DNA of 64,000 nt, from assembly GCA_963793865.1 (NCBI GenBank), contig CAWCBP010000008.1:64001-128000 (forward strand), read 5' to 3'. Source of the DNA: an uncultured delta proteobacterium (GTDB taxonomy: Bacteria > Desulfobacterota > WTBG01). Shown piece by piece: positions 17,263 through 26,726 of this stretch (positions are counted from its first letter, which is position 1; every line of letters begins with the position of its first letter). Under the pieces are notes generated by a model that did not search any database, was not told the origin of the DNA, and worked only from the letters and a program-made list of their open reading frames with translations. Position numbers and translations under genes: made by a program.

Positions 17263-18984
17263 ATGCCGGTAGGAAAAAGTGGCGGGATCCTCCTCAAGTC
17301 TCTCATAGGATTTCTCATAGTGCTTCTCGCCCTGAGCATCTTTAAAAACATCTCCTATCCGCTTTTATGGAACGATGAAGCGGAAACGGCAATGTTCGCA
17401 AAAAGAATTCTTACCTTCGGTTATCCAAAAGTACATGACGGCAAAAATGTCTTGAACCTGCTGGAGCTGCCTGATAAAAACCTGGCCATTGACAAGGAAA
17501 GCGATGCCTATGTGGTTACCGTTTGGGGGCACTTCTATTTTGCCGTGATCGGGGAACTTTTATCGAGTTTGACCGATGATATCTATCTTAAAACAGCTCT
17601 TTTGAGAATCCCCTTTGCGATAGCCGGTTTTGCCGCGCTATTTATCATCGCCTTAACCGGCTTGCTATTCTTTCGTGATCGCAAGCTGGGCCTCTATTTT
17701 CTTTCCGCTTTTTTCTTCCTTGAGCTTCTTTCCATACCGCTCATATTGCACATGAGAGAAGTGCGGTATTATTCATTAGCACTTCTTTTGCTGAGCATCA
17801 TCTTCTATCTTTACAGCAGGTATGCGGTTTTTAAAACACTCAGACCGTCTCTTTATATCCCGCTTCTTACCATTTCCATGCTGCTGCTGTACAATTCCTT
17901 CCCACCGCCTTTTTTTGCCTGTGCCGCTGCGATCGGACTTATTGAATTAGGCAGATTTATAAAACGAAGATCGGCGCGTGAACTCATTCAATCGATTTTA
18001 CCGCTCATCATAGCAGTGCTTATGGTGTTGCCGCTTTTGCGTTTTTTCCATACTGCCGAGATTTCCAAGGCCTATGCGCTTTTTTTTCATATATCGGGGT
18101 TTATTCAAAAAGGTTTGCTTTTGAGCATCGTGTCGTTTCTCTGGCAGTATGAGTTCTTATGCGTTATCTTGTTTGCCCGGCTCTCCGCGCTGTCTCTGCA
18201 GAGGTTTAGCAAACCTAATGTCATGAGCCTTGGGAAAGGCAAGCTAAAAAGAACTGCCATCAGTGACGGCGTGCAAGAAGAAGGGAAAGAGATAATGTGC
18301 CGCATGAATGCGTCAAACTGCCTCAGTATCTTAATCGTGCTGTACATCTTGTTGGCTTCCATGATACCGCTGCCGGTTATTTATGAACGGTACTATATTT
18401 TTCTCCAGCCATTCCTTTCGATCATACTCTTGTTTGATATTTTTAACATAGCTTCATTACTGGCGCAGGGGCAGTCAACGCCGGCAAGGAAATACCTCAG
18501 AGTTATCCCGCTGATCGTGGCGGGACTTTTTGTGGTTTATGGGTTTAACAAGATCGAATTGCTCAAGCACCATAGCTATGAACTCTTTCATCAATATAAG
18601 GGACCTCTTGATTACGCAATCCCCTATATTCAGGCAAACTATAAGGACACTGAAAATTTGACCATAGCCACAAATTATGAAGAGTGCTCCTTGATGTACT
18701 ATCTGGGCAGCAAAGTGATAATAGGATATGTGGGAAACAATCTCAAAGAAGATATGACCATGACTCCCGACATTATAATCTTCAGGAAAAAGTGGACCTA
18801 CACAAGCAAATCGGAAATTTTTGCCCCTTTCTTTGCGAGGGCCGGATACAAGCCGGTTGCCTTCGAGGTGTTCGACAACCCGGTTAACAATATCCCGCAG
18901 ATAGGCGGACCGATTCACCATTTATTTAAAACGAAAATGGCAAGAACTGAAAAAGAAGCGCTGGTACTTTACAACAAGTATTAA
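17263..18984 (+). CDS. Multi-pass membrane protein, probable GT-C glycosyltransferase
   Basis: LWNDE motif after TM1, R.PF, REVRYYS, ERY motifs. Confidence 0.7.
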   Translation: MPVGKSGGILLKSLIGFLIVLLALSIFKNISYPLLWNDEAETAMFAKRILTFGYPKVHDGKNVLNLLELPDKNLAIDKESDAYVVTVWGHFYFAVIGELLSSLTDDIYLKTALLRIPFAIAGFAALFIIALTGLLFFRDRKLGLYFLSAFFFLELLSIPLILHMREVRYYSLALLLLSIIFYLYSRYAVFKTLRPSLYIPLLTISMLLLYNSFPPPFFACAAAIGLIELGRFIKRRSARELIQSILPLIIAVLMVLPLLRFFHTAEISKAYALFFHISGFIQKGLLLSIVSFLWQYEFLCVILFARLSALSLQRFSKPNVMSLGKGKLKRTAISDGVQEEGKEIMCRMNASNCLSILIVLYILLASMIPLPVIYERYYIFLQPFLSIILLFDIFNIASLLAQGQSTPARKYLRVIPLIVAGLFVVYGFNKIELLKHHSYELFHQYKGPLDYAIPYIQANYKDTENLTIATNYEECSLMYYLGSKVIIGYVGNNLKEDMTMTPDIIIFRKKWTYTSKSEIFAPFFARAGYKPVAFEVFDNPVNNIPQIGGPIHHLFKTKMARTEKEALVLYNKY

Positions 18985-19162
18985 TCCTGTGTGCTTTAGA
19001 GGATAGTTATTGAACAGCAAGATTGTGTAAGGCTGGCGGGGGGGCAGGATATATTATGCCCTCGGAATGTGCTCCTTTTTATATCTTCTCAAGCAGTCTG
19101 CCCATCATTGAGCACAAGCAGAAGCCCGCTGAGATGTCTGGCTGTGTGCGAAGCGCATCCCA

Positions 19163-20068
19163 TCACTCGAATTCCTCTGATTCCTCCGCGGTATAAAACA
19201 GGCAGCGGTCTTCATCATCGATGCGGTCGGGATGGTCGCCCAGAAGGTACTCTTCAGCCTCTCGCCTGAACTTTTCCGCATCTGCCCTCATGGCATCAAG
19301 TTTTTCCGTGACCCCGTATTCCTCCAGCATGGCCTTGGCGGCCTGGAAAAGGGTGCCGCTTCCGTCCAATAGCATTCCCTCGTGCAGAATCTTGCATGCC
19401 ACCATCCGCTTGAAGGTGTCAAACGCAGCCTGTTCCCGCACGCGTTGGAGCTTTTTTACTATGTAGTCAATCTCTTCCCGCATGGAGGGATTGATGAGAT
19501 AACGGTATTTTTCCCGGTAGATGGCTTCATCGAGTTCCCGCATTACTCCATCGGGCACCCGGTCATCCAGAATGAAAACCAGATCAAGGTCCGATCCCTG
19601 TATCATTTTCCCGGTGCTGCGTTCGGGGCGGGGTACATCGTGGGCCATGCCATAGACTATGTCACCGGCAATAAAGACACACAGGTCTTCATCACCGATC
19701 CCGTGATGTACAAACCGGCCGGCCAGCGCAGCAACAATTCGTCGGGCGAGTTCACGCTTGCTGTTACTGACCTCCCGGATATGAGCCTGTATCTCCTGCG
19801 CCCGTTGCTCAAGTCCGTCCGGGTCGCTTTTGAGACCGATGACCGTGTAGGTTAAGAATTCCCTCATTATTGAGGGTGAGAGCCGGGCAAGGCCGGACAC
19901 CTTCTGGTCCAGCCTCAGGAAACGTGTGCCGATTCTCCGGACGGACAGGTGCGGAGCGCACATGCATGATTTCCACAGCAGGTAAGGATCCCCGCCGAAA
20001 ATATCCCGCAGTTCCGCTCCGGTCCGGGGACCTTTTTGCCTGATGCAGTTGCTTATTTTGCGTTCCAT
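19163..20068 (-). CDS. Conserved hypothetical protein with Pol-beta-type nucleotidyltransferase signature (start uncertain; ORF open to 20215)
   Basis: IAGDIVYG...GSDLDLVFI...EIDYIV acidic triad; N-terminal HTH-like segment. Confidence 0.55.
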   Translation of the reverse strand: MERKISNCIRQKGPRTGAELRDIFGGDPYLLWKSCMCAPHLSVRRIGTRFLRLDQKVSGLARLSPSIMREFLTYTVIGLKSDPDGLEQRAQEIQAHIREVSNSKRELARRIVAALAGRFVHHGIGDEDLCVFIAGDIVYGMAHDVPRPERSTGKMIQGSDLDLVFILDDRVPDGVMRELDEAIYREKYRYLINPSMREEIDYIVKKLQRVREQAAFDTFKRMVACKILHEGMLLDGSGTLFQAAKAMLEEYGVTEKLDAMRADAEKFRREAEEYLLGDHPDRIDDEDRCLFYTAEESEEFE

Positions 20069-20135
20069 GGCGGCCTTTGGGCAGGTCGATGGTAGAGAGC
20101 TGAAATGCTTCCGGGAGGCATGCGGCTTACACTTC

Positions 20136-21158
20136 TCAACCCATGAGGTTTGTGAGGGGATTGCGGGTAAACGCCAGGTCGGCAACTTTCTCATAGGGCA
20201 GGCTGCGCATGTCAATCATTGCATATCCCTTTCTTTTTATCTCGCTTTCCTGCGCGAGCACGTCCCCTGCCGCGTCCTCATCAAGCACATAGATCATGGT
20301 GCCGCCGCCGGCCGCGTATTTCTGACCGTAGCTGATGGGAACATCGCAGCTGACAGGTCCCAGTATGGATTCGGCAACCGGGCCGGTCTTCCGCTTGCCG
20401 TTGGCCAGGAGTACGATCTTTCGGGCCTTGTACACCAGCTCTGCGCCCATGGAGATGGCATACCAGGGGCTTTTCTCCTTTGACGGGAAGTGGCCGTCAT
20501 GAACCGCGTCGGCCACGGTGTTGTCATCGAGCTTTACCAGCATCACTCTGTTGCCTTCAAAGGGAATGCCGCTTTCGTGAAATGCGACATGGCCCCTTCC
20601 TCCGACGCCGATGACGTGCAGGTCAATGCCGCCTGACGCTTCTACCTTTTTTTCGTAGGCGTCGAGAACATCCTCTTTGATCATCTTCAAAATGCCGGCG
20701 GCATTGTTCCTGATGACCACCGCCTTACCCTTGTCTGTTCCCTGCATTGCATACTGCCCTGTGTTTTTCGTCAGGGCGGCAACCAGGTCATGCTGATCAA
20801 TCAGCGTGCCCCAGGGAACATTGGTCTCGATGAATTTTTGCTGGAGGAGGCTGAAAAATTCCGAAATCATGAAATAGCTGTATGACTCACAGTGCAACGC
20901 ACGCTGCTGGGCGTTTTCCCCGGGCAGGCCGACGTATTCGTCAAGGTTGAAGGTGCGGATGCTCCGGGCGTCGATCCTGCCGGCGTTAAAGGCCTTGGCC
21001 AGGTGTTTGTAGAGGCCGGTGGGCGAATTGCCGGTTGCGAGCCCGAGCACATACTCCTTCTTGTGCGCCTGCTTTTCCTGTATGTCCGCCTCGACGATGT
21101 CTGCGGCCACTTTGCTCATCTGGTCAAAATCTTTTGTTACATAAATGGTAAACGGCAT
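20136..21158 (-). CDS. nagB: Glucosamine-6-phosphate deaminase/isomerase (NagB family) with internal insertion
   Basis: VLGLATGNSP, FNLDEYVGL, GVGGRGHVAFHE, AISMG. Confidence 0.8.
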   Translation of the reverse strand: MPFTIYVTKDFDQMSKVAADIVEADIQEKQAHKKEYVLGLATGNSPTGLYKHLAKAFNAGRIDARSIRTFNLDEYVGLPGENAQQRALHCESYSYFMISEFFSLLQQKFIETNVPWGTLIDQHDLVAALTKNTGQYAMQGTDKGKAVVIRNNAAGILKMIKEDVLDAYEKKVEASGGIDLHVIGVGGRGHVAFHESGIPFEGNRVMLVKLDDNTVADAVHDGHFPSKEKSPWYAISMGAELVYKARKIVLLANGKRKTGPVAESILGPVSCDVPISYGQKYAAGGGTMIYVLDEDAAGDVLAQESEIKRKGYAMIDMRSLPYEKVADLAFTRNPLTNLMG

Positions 21159-21211
21159 GATACCCTTTCACGGCGTTGTGCCGATTGTTTGATGAGCGAC
21201 GGCAGGAACCT

Positions 21212-22561
21212 CTAGCTGAGCGCCTTTTTGACAATTTCAGAGAGCTCTTTGCAGTATTTTTCGGTTGTCTCTTTCGTCGGCCCTTCAACCATGACCCGGC
21301 ACATGTTCTGTGTGCCCGAATAGCGGATGAGCACGCGGCCCTGTTCCTTCAGCTCGGCCTCAACCTGTTTGACCGCCGCGACGATTTCCGGAACCGACGC
21401 GATCTCCGGCTTGCGCCTGACGTCAACGTTGATGAGTTTCTGGGGCAGCACGTCCATAAGTCCGGCCAGCTCGGACAGCGGCTTTCCGGCCTTGAGCATG
21501 GCGGCAATAAGCTGCATGGCGGTGAGAATCCCGTCGCCGGTGGTATGATGGTCAAGGAAGATCAGATGTCCCGATTCTTCGCCTCCGATTACCGACCCGA
21601 GGCGCTGCATATCCTCCAGCACGTATCGGTCGCCGACCTTGGACGCATGGTGCCTGAATCCGTATTTTTTGCAGGCAAGGGTGAGGCCGAGGTTGCTCAT
21701 GATGGTGCTGACCAGAAGATCGTTTTTGAGCCTTCCTTCCTCCTTCAGGGTTTTGGCGCAGATGATCAGGATCTGGTCACCGGTGATCTCCTGCCCCTTC
21801 TCATCAACCGCAATGAGGCGGTCCCCGTCCCCGTCAAACGCCAGGCCGATGGCGGCGCCGGTTTCAAGCACCTTTTTCTTCAGGTCGTCGGTATGCTGAG
21901 AGCCGCATGTGTCATTAATGTTAAGGCCGTTGGGCGTGTTGTGGATGACGCTGAGGTCGGCGCCCAGTTCGGTAAACGCCTCGGGGGCGACGGTGTAGGT
22001 GGCACCGTTGGCAACGTCCATGGCGATTTTCAGCCCTTCCATTGAAAGGCTGCGGGGGAAGGTGTTCTTTAAAAATACAATGTACCTTCCATGCACATCA
22101 GTGAGTCGATAGGCGTGGCCCATCTCCCCGGGCGGGGGCACCATCTCGGGCAGCCTGCCGCCCAGTATCAGCTTTTCGATCTCCTCCTCCTGCGCGTCGG
22201 ACAGCTTGAACCCGTTTCCGGAAAATATTTTGATGCCGTTGTCCTGATAGGGGTTATGCGACGCCGAAATGACAATCCCGGCGTCGGCGCGCATGCTTTC
22301 CGCCATGAATGCGATGCCGGGGGTGGGCAGCACGCCCACCAGGTAGGGAGCGCCTCCCATCGAGGTGATGCCGGACTCGAGGGCGCTTTCAAGCATGTAT
22401 CCTGAAATGCGCGTGTCCTTGCCGATGATGATGCGGGTGGTGTGGCCCCTTTTCTTCAGAACATGAGTGACCGCCTGTCCGACCGCGAACGCCATGGCGG
22501 CGTCCATGGGATGGCGGTTCGCCTCACCGCGTATTCCATCAGTTCCAAACAACTTCCCCAT
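21212..22561 (-). CDS. glmM: Phosphoglucosamine mutase
   Basis: FGTDGIRG, GKDTRISG, ISASHNPYQDNGIK, DGDGDR, GGEESGH, RYSGT. Confidence 0.96.
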   Translation of the reverse strand: MGKLFGTDGIRGEANRHPMDAAMAFAVGQAVTHVLKKRGHTTRIIIGKDTRISGYMLESALESGITSMGGAPYLVGVLPTPGIAFMAESMRADAGIVISASHNPYQDNGIKIFSGNGFKLSDAQEEEIEKLILGGRLPEMVPPPGEMGHAYRLTDVHGRYIVFLKNTFPRSLSMEGLKIAMDVANGATYTVAPEAFTELGADLSVIHNTPNGLNINDTCGSQHTDDLKKKVLETGAAIGLAFDGDGDRLIAVDEKGQEITGDQILIICAKTLKEEGRLKNDLLVSTIMSNLGLTLACKKYGFRHHASKVGDRYVLEDMQRLGSVIGGEESGHLIFLDHHTTGDGILTAMQLIAAMLKAGKPLSELAGLMDVLPQKLINVDVRRKPEIASVPEIVAAVKQVEAELKEQGRVLIRYSGTQNMCRVMVEGPTKETTEKYCKELSEIVKKALS

Positions 22562-22582
22562 ATATTCTCCTCCCCATTGCGG

Positions 22583-23815
22583 TTAATTCCTGTGCGGCGG
22601 AAACAGGGCCAGCGACGGCAGCAGTGCCGCCGTCCTGCCGCACAGATTGTCGATGATCATCTGGAGCCATGCCGTACCCCCCCGCACCACCCCGGGCGGC
22701 AGTGCCTGCACGGCCTTAAGGTAATCCTGCGCGGAATCACCGGTGCTGTCATTAAATCCGGCAAGAAATCCGTCGCGGGCAGCGCTTATGGCATCCTCCT
22801 GCGGCTCGGTTTCAAGTAGCGCGCAGACACGGTCAATGTTCTCGCGCAGTTCCCTCCCGGCGGCGTTGCTGTCGGGAACTTTTGCAACCAGTGCCTTGAG
22901 CCTGCTCAGCCGCTCCGCCTTGGCCATGGCCAGCTTTTCAAGCGCGCCGGCATGGATGAGGCTGCCGAATTCCTGACGGCTGAAAAACGGCTGCCGGATG
23001 TGCCGGTACCACTGTTCCAGTGCCGCCAGATTGGCGAGGTATATAACATTATTTCCCACAATGCGGGAGAGATTTTTATAGGCATGGGCCACAAAATCTT
23101 TTATGCCGCCGGGATGGGACCTGGCGATGACCAGCTTCCTGTCCTCCGGGCAATCCTCTCGCACCACCGATCCGGCTGCTACCACCGTGCCGTAGCCGAT
23201 CCTCGCCGGGCCCACAACACCGCCCTGGCCGCCGAGAAAAATGGCCGGCTGGTTGAGCATGACACCCTTCGGCACATCGCCGAACAGGGAGGCGGTGGTC
23301 TTGTTGCCGTCGGGGGTGAAATTAAAATGAATGTAGGAGCTGCCCACTTCGCTGTGGTCCTTGCGGCTGGTGCCGCCCGCCATGAGGCAATCGCAGAAGT
23401 TTATCAGGCTGCCGAGGGTTACGAAGGGGAAAAGGATGGTCTGCTTCAGACCCACGCAGTGCGCGCCGTTGGCCTCCTCTTCAAGGATGCACCCCTCGCG
23501 GACATGGGCGCCGGAAGCCATGTTCGCCTTGTTAAGAAAAACCGACTTGCTGAAATAGCCGCCCTTGAGCTCAACCTCGGGGCCGAGCTGACAGCTGTCG
23601 ATCGTCACCGGGCCCTCTTTGCCGAGCGTTGTCCCGGATGATATAACAGTTTTTGCACCATAGATTCTGCAGCCGGGGTATATGGTGACACCGCTGCCGG
23701 AGATCCGGTCAACGGCAACCTCATCGCCGATGTCCAGGGTGAGGGGATTGTGTATGGCAACCCCCCGGTTGATGAGCTGAACTATTTTTTCATGCGCTCG
23801 TGGTTTCAGATCCAT
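22583..23815 (-). CDS. GlmU-like left-handed beta-helix protein lacking the uridyltransferase domain
   Basis: Hexapeptide repeats, GAHVREG, IGYGTVVAAGSVV; no LAAGxGTRM motif. Confidence 0.65.
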   Translation of the reverse strand: MDLKPRAHEKIVQLINRGVAIHNPLTLDIGDEVAVDRISGSGVTIYPGCRIYGAKTVISSGTTLGKEGPVTIDSCQLGPEVELKGGYFSKSVFLNKANMASGAHVREGCILEEEANGAHCVGLKQTILFPFVTLGSLINFCDCLMAGGTSRKDHSEVGSSYIHFNFTPDGNKTTASLFGDVPKGVMLNQPAIFLGGQGGVVGPARIGYGTVVAAGSVVREDCPEDRKLVIARSHPGGIKDFVAHAYKNLSRIVGNNVIYLANLAALEQWYRHIRQPFFSRQEFGSLIHAGALEKLAMAKAERLSRLKALVAKVPDSNAAGRELRENIDRVCALLETEPQEDAISAARDGFLAGFNDSTGDSAQDYLKAVQALPPGVVRGGTAWLQMIIDNLCGRTAALLPSLALFPPHRN

Positions 23816-23872
23816 GTGAAGCTCCCCGTCGACGTGCCTGTTTGCCTGAACGTGTCCGCAGATATGCCGGGT

Positions 23873-26101
23873 TCAATGAGAAACTGCGTGCATAACGCCT
23901 GTTGCCGGATACCCAAAAACTTCCTTCCGGAAAAAATCGATCAGCGCTTTTTTTCGCCTGTGTTCCTGCTCCTGGTGGGGTATGAGCATATCTTCCTGAA
24001 GATGCAGTATGGACATTTCGATTTCCATAATCGGCCCGTACGAGTTGTCAAGATACCAGGCGTACATGAGGCCGAAGAGCAGGCCGGGGGGCAGAAAGCC
24101 GTCATTGTGGTTGAGGGTAATCCGGTACGTGCTCGCGTCCCGGGGATGCGGAACCATCCTGGCCAGTACCAGGTAGTCGTGCAGCTGCTGCGGGTTTAAA
24201 AAACATTCGCGCCTGCGGGGGGGAAGCAATTGTATTTCAAAACACCGCGAACCCCAGTTATCCCCACCTGCGGGAGCGATCCAGCTGCGCTTCTCGATGT
24301 ACCGCCCGAGCAGCGATTCCCCCAGCGCAATCAGCATGTTTCCCTTCAGCCGCTCAGGGTCATCGAGCAGCTGGCGGTGGAATTTTAAATAGCGGTCCCG
24401 GGGATCGTAGTAGCCCAGCACGTTGTCCCATTCGACGCTCCTGTTCCACTTGTCGGCGGAGATAATACGGGCGCCGCTAAAAAATGCGAGGTGTTCAAGC
24501 CGCATGTCACGATTTTCCCATGCCAGGTCCAGCATGCTGTCGCGCAGGTGAGCGGGGCGGAAGTCCTTGCGGTCGAGTGCGGTGTTGAACGCCGACCAGT
24601 AATCGCAGAGCAGCTGTTTGCTCAGGTGGCAACCCCGGGGATCGTTTTTGCGGACACGGACAACCGCGCTTTTCCTGCGAACGGGCCGTCCTCCGTGGCG
24701 GTTCGCAAACAGCAGGGTGCGCACGGCAAGGGTGAATTTTTTCGGGTCATGGTGGATGAAGCCGGCGGACTTCAGATGTTCAACCGAAAATATGGTTGCC
24801 TCGACCGGCTGCACCCCCGCTTCTTCAACATGCTGCCGGTCAAGGTATATGGGCCTTTTGCCTTCAAGCGCGTAGTTCCGCAACACGCTTCCGGGAATGT
24901 GCTCAAGGTTCGCGCTCAGCACGTAATCGAACAGGCCGGAGCAGCCGCCGGGAACATTCCGGTCATAGGCGTCGACCAGCTCGGATACGCGAAAGCCCCT
25001 TCTTCTATCAGTCCGGGTAATGTCGGTTTCACCCTCTTCAATCCAGAAATTCGCGGCGAGAATTTTCAAGGCGGAGCGGTTGTCCCGGATGGCGCCGGCA
25101 AGGCCGGGCAGTTGCAGCACGGGGATGCTGCTGGTGTACAGGCTTCCGGGTGCAAGAATGATCAGATCGGCTGCGCGCACAGCCCTGATGACGTCGGCGT
25201 GTGCCGCGGGTAATGCATGAAATTCGGCGTATACCCTTTCAACCGGGAAGCCGCGCCGTGCGGTTGATGATTTGCTCTGCCCGTGGACTTCCACTCCGTT
25301 GACGTACCGGAACACGAGCTGTCCCGGCGTCGCGGTTGCCGGATGAAGCCTGCCCGGCTGCGCTCCGATGGCCCGGGCGATGCAGTCAATCCCTGCCCTG
25401 AGAACGGCCATTGAGGGCGGACGGTCAAAGCGGGCTCCGTTTTCCCTGAAAACAGCGGCAGTCAGCAGCATGTTGCCCAGGCAGTGCCCGCCGGGGGTGA
25501 TCGTGGGCCCGTCCCCTCCGGGTGTGAGGAAGGTACCCAGCCGGCGCAGAAGACTTGCGAGGGGTCGGGGGCAGGCGTCGCGCAGCGACCGGGGTGCCAC
25601 CAGGAGCGGGTCACGTACGGGGCGGCAATCTGCAGACCCTTCGGGAAAGCGGTGGTTGAACACCCGGTGAATAAGGCGGAGCAGCGCCCGTCGTTGCGGG
25701 CCGTCTATGCCGTACTCCTTCTCGATATTGTCGGGGAGAATCATGGACAGGCACAGCTTGCGCAGGTCGCCGATCCCGATCATGGGCAGATGCTTCAAAA
25801 GTTTGCCCGTGGAACGGCCGTCGTCCGTGGTGCAGACCACAACATCGAGACAGGGAAAGAGCTGCTTCAAACCGACGTTGGGATTGCTCGGCCAGTCGGC
25901 GAGCTGGGAATTCCCCCCCACGACGGTTGAGAGCCCCGTACCTCCTCCCAAGACAACCGCGCGCAGGTTGCCGCAGTCAAAGGAGCGCACCTCTTCCGCC
26001 AGGCTGCGCATATCCGGGGACGCCGTGGCGTAGGGCGATCCGCTGTTTAAAACAGCTTCCACAAGGTGCTCAATCTGGAAATGGTTGCCGGATCTTTTCA
26101 T
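23873..26101 (-). CDS. YvcK/GlmR (UPF0052) family protein with long C-terminal extension
   Basis: VVLGGGTGLS, TTDDGRSTG, GDLR, GHCLGN, APGSLYTS, HHDPKK. Confidence 0.85.
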   Translation of the reverse strand: MKRSGNHFQIEHLVEAVLNSGSPYATASPDMRSLAEEVRSFDCGNLRAVVLGGGTGLSTVVGGNSQLADWPSNPNVGLKQLFPCLDVVVCTTDDGRSTGKLLKHLPMIGIGDLRKLCLSMILPDNIEKEYGIDGPQRRALLRLIHRVFNHRFPEGSADCRPVRDPLLVAPRSLRDACPRPLASLLRRLGTFLTPGGDGPTITPGGHCLGNMLLTAAVFRENGARFDRPPSMAVLRAGIDCIARAIGAQPGRLHPATATPGQLVFRYVNGVEVHGQSKSSTARRGFPVERVYAEFHALPAAHADVIRAVRAADLIILAPGSLYTSSIPVLQLPGLAGAIRDNRSALKILAANFWIEEGETDITRTDRRRGFRVSELVDAYDRNVPGGCSGLFDYVLSANLEHIPGSVLRNYALEGKRPIYLDRQHVEEAGVQPVEATIFSVEHLKSAGFIHHDPKKFTLAVRTLLFANRHGGRPVRRKSAVVRVRKNDPRGCHLSKQLLCDYWSAFNTALDRKDFRPAHLRDSMLDLAWENRDMRLEHLAFFSGARIISADKWNRSVEWDNVLGYYDPRDRYLKFHRQLLDDPERLKGNMLIALGESLLGRYIEKRSWIAPAGGDNWGSRCFEIQLLPPRRRECFLNPQQLHDYLVLARMVPHPRDASTYRITLNHNDGFLPPGLLFGLMYAWYLDNSYGPIMEIEMSILHLQEDMLIPHQEQEHRRKKALIDFFRKEVFGYPATGVMHAVSH

Positions 26102-26236
26102 GCGAGCAGCCCTGGTTTAATACCCTCAAATACCCTGGCTTCCTGTTTTCCGTGCACGCCCCCGATAATAAGGCCGGGCGCGGTACCCATATAGCAGCCG
26201 TCCCTCTGAGACCATTCAACAATTTTTAAATAGTTG

Positions 26237-26629
26237 TCACTTTCCTTTTTGCTCATTTTTTTTATGTGTCCCGGCTTTACTGGATTTTGCCGTCAGATAT
26301 TCCTTCAGGGCGATGGCCTGGTTGTGTGCGGTGTCACGTGCCGAATAGAGCAGGGTGAGTTTTCCCTGGGCGGCTATATCACAAAGCTGCTTTACGACCT
26401 GCGGTTTCTCATCGAGCTCGGAAAAGTAGCGCTTTTTGAACTCGTTCCACCGGGTGGGATCATGGGCGAACCATTTTCTAAGATCTCCCGTCGGTGCAAT
26501 ATCCTTCAGCCACAGTTCTGCCTGCAGCTTCTCTTTGGTCATGCCCCGGGGCCATACCCGGTCAACCAGGACACGGGTTCCGTCTTCCTTTTTCCGGGGA
26601 TCGTATGCCCGTTTGGTTTGGATGTCCAT
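26237..26629 (-). CDS. DUF488 (YeaO-like) protein
   Basis: KRAYD, DGTRVLVDRVWPRG, LRKWFAHDP, HNQA. Confidence 0.9.
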   Translation of the reverse strand: MDIQTKRAYDPRKKEDGTRVLVDRVWPRGMTKEKLQAELWLKDIAPTGDLRKWFAHDPTRWNEFKKRYFSELDEKPQVVKQLCDIAAQGKLTLLYSARDTAHNQAIALKEYLTAKSSKAGTHKKNEQKGK

Positions 26630-26726
26630 GCAGCCTCGTTCACGCGGGAGTAATGATCAATCAATACGCCTGGCAGGCTGTGCGAAGTATTCTTTTCAGC
26701 GGCTTCCGTCAACTCAAGCGCGGCAT

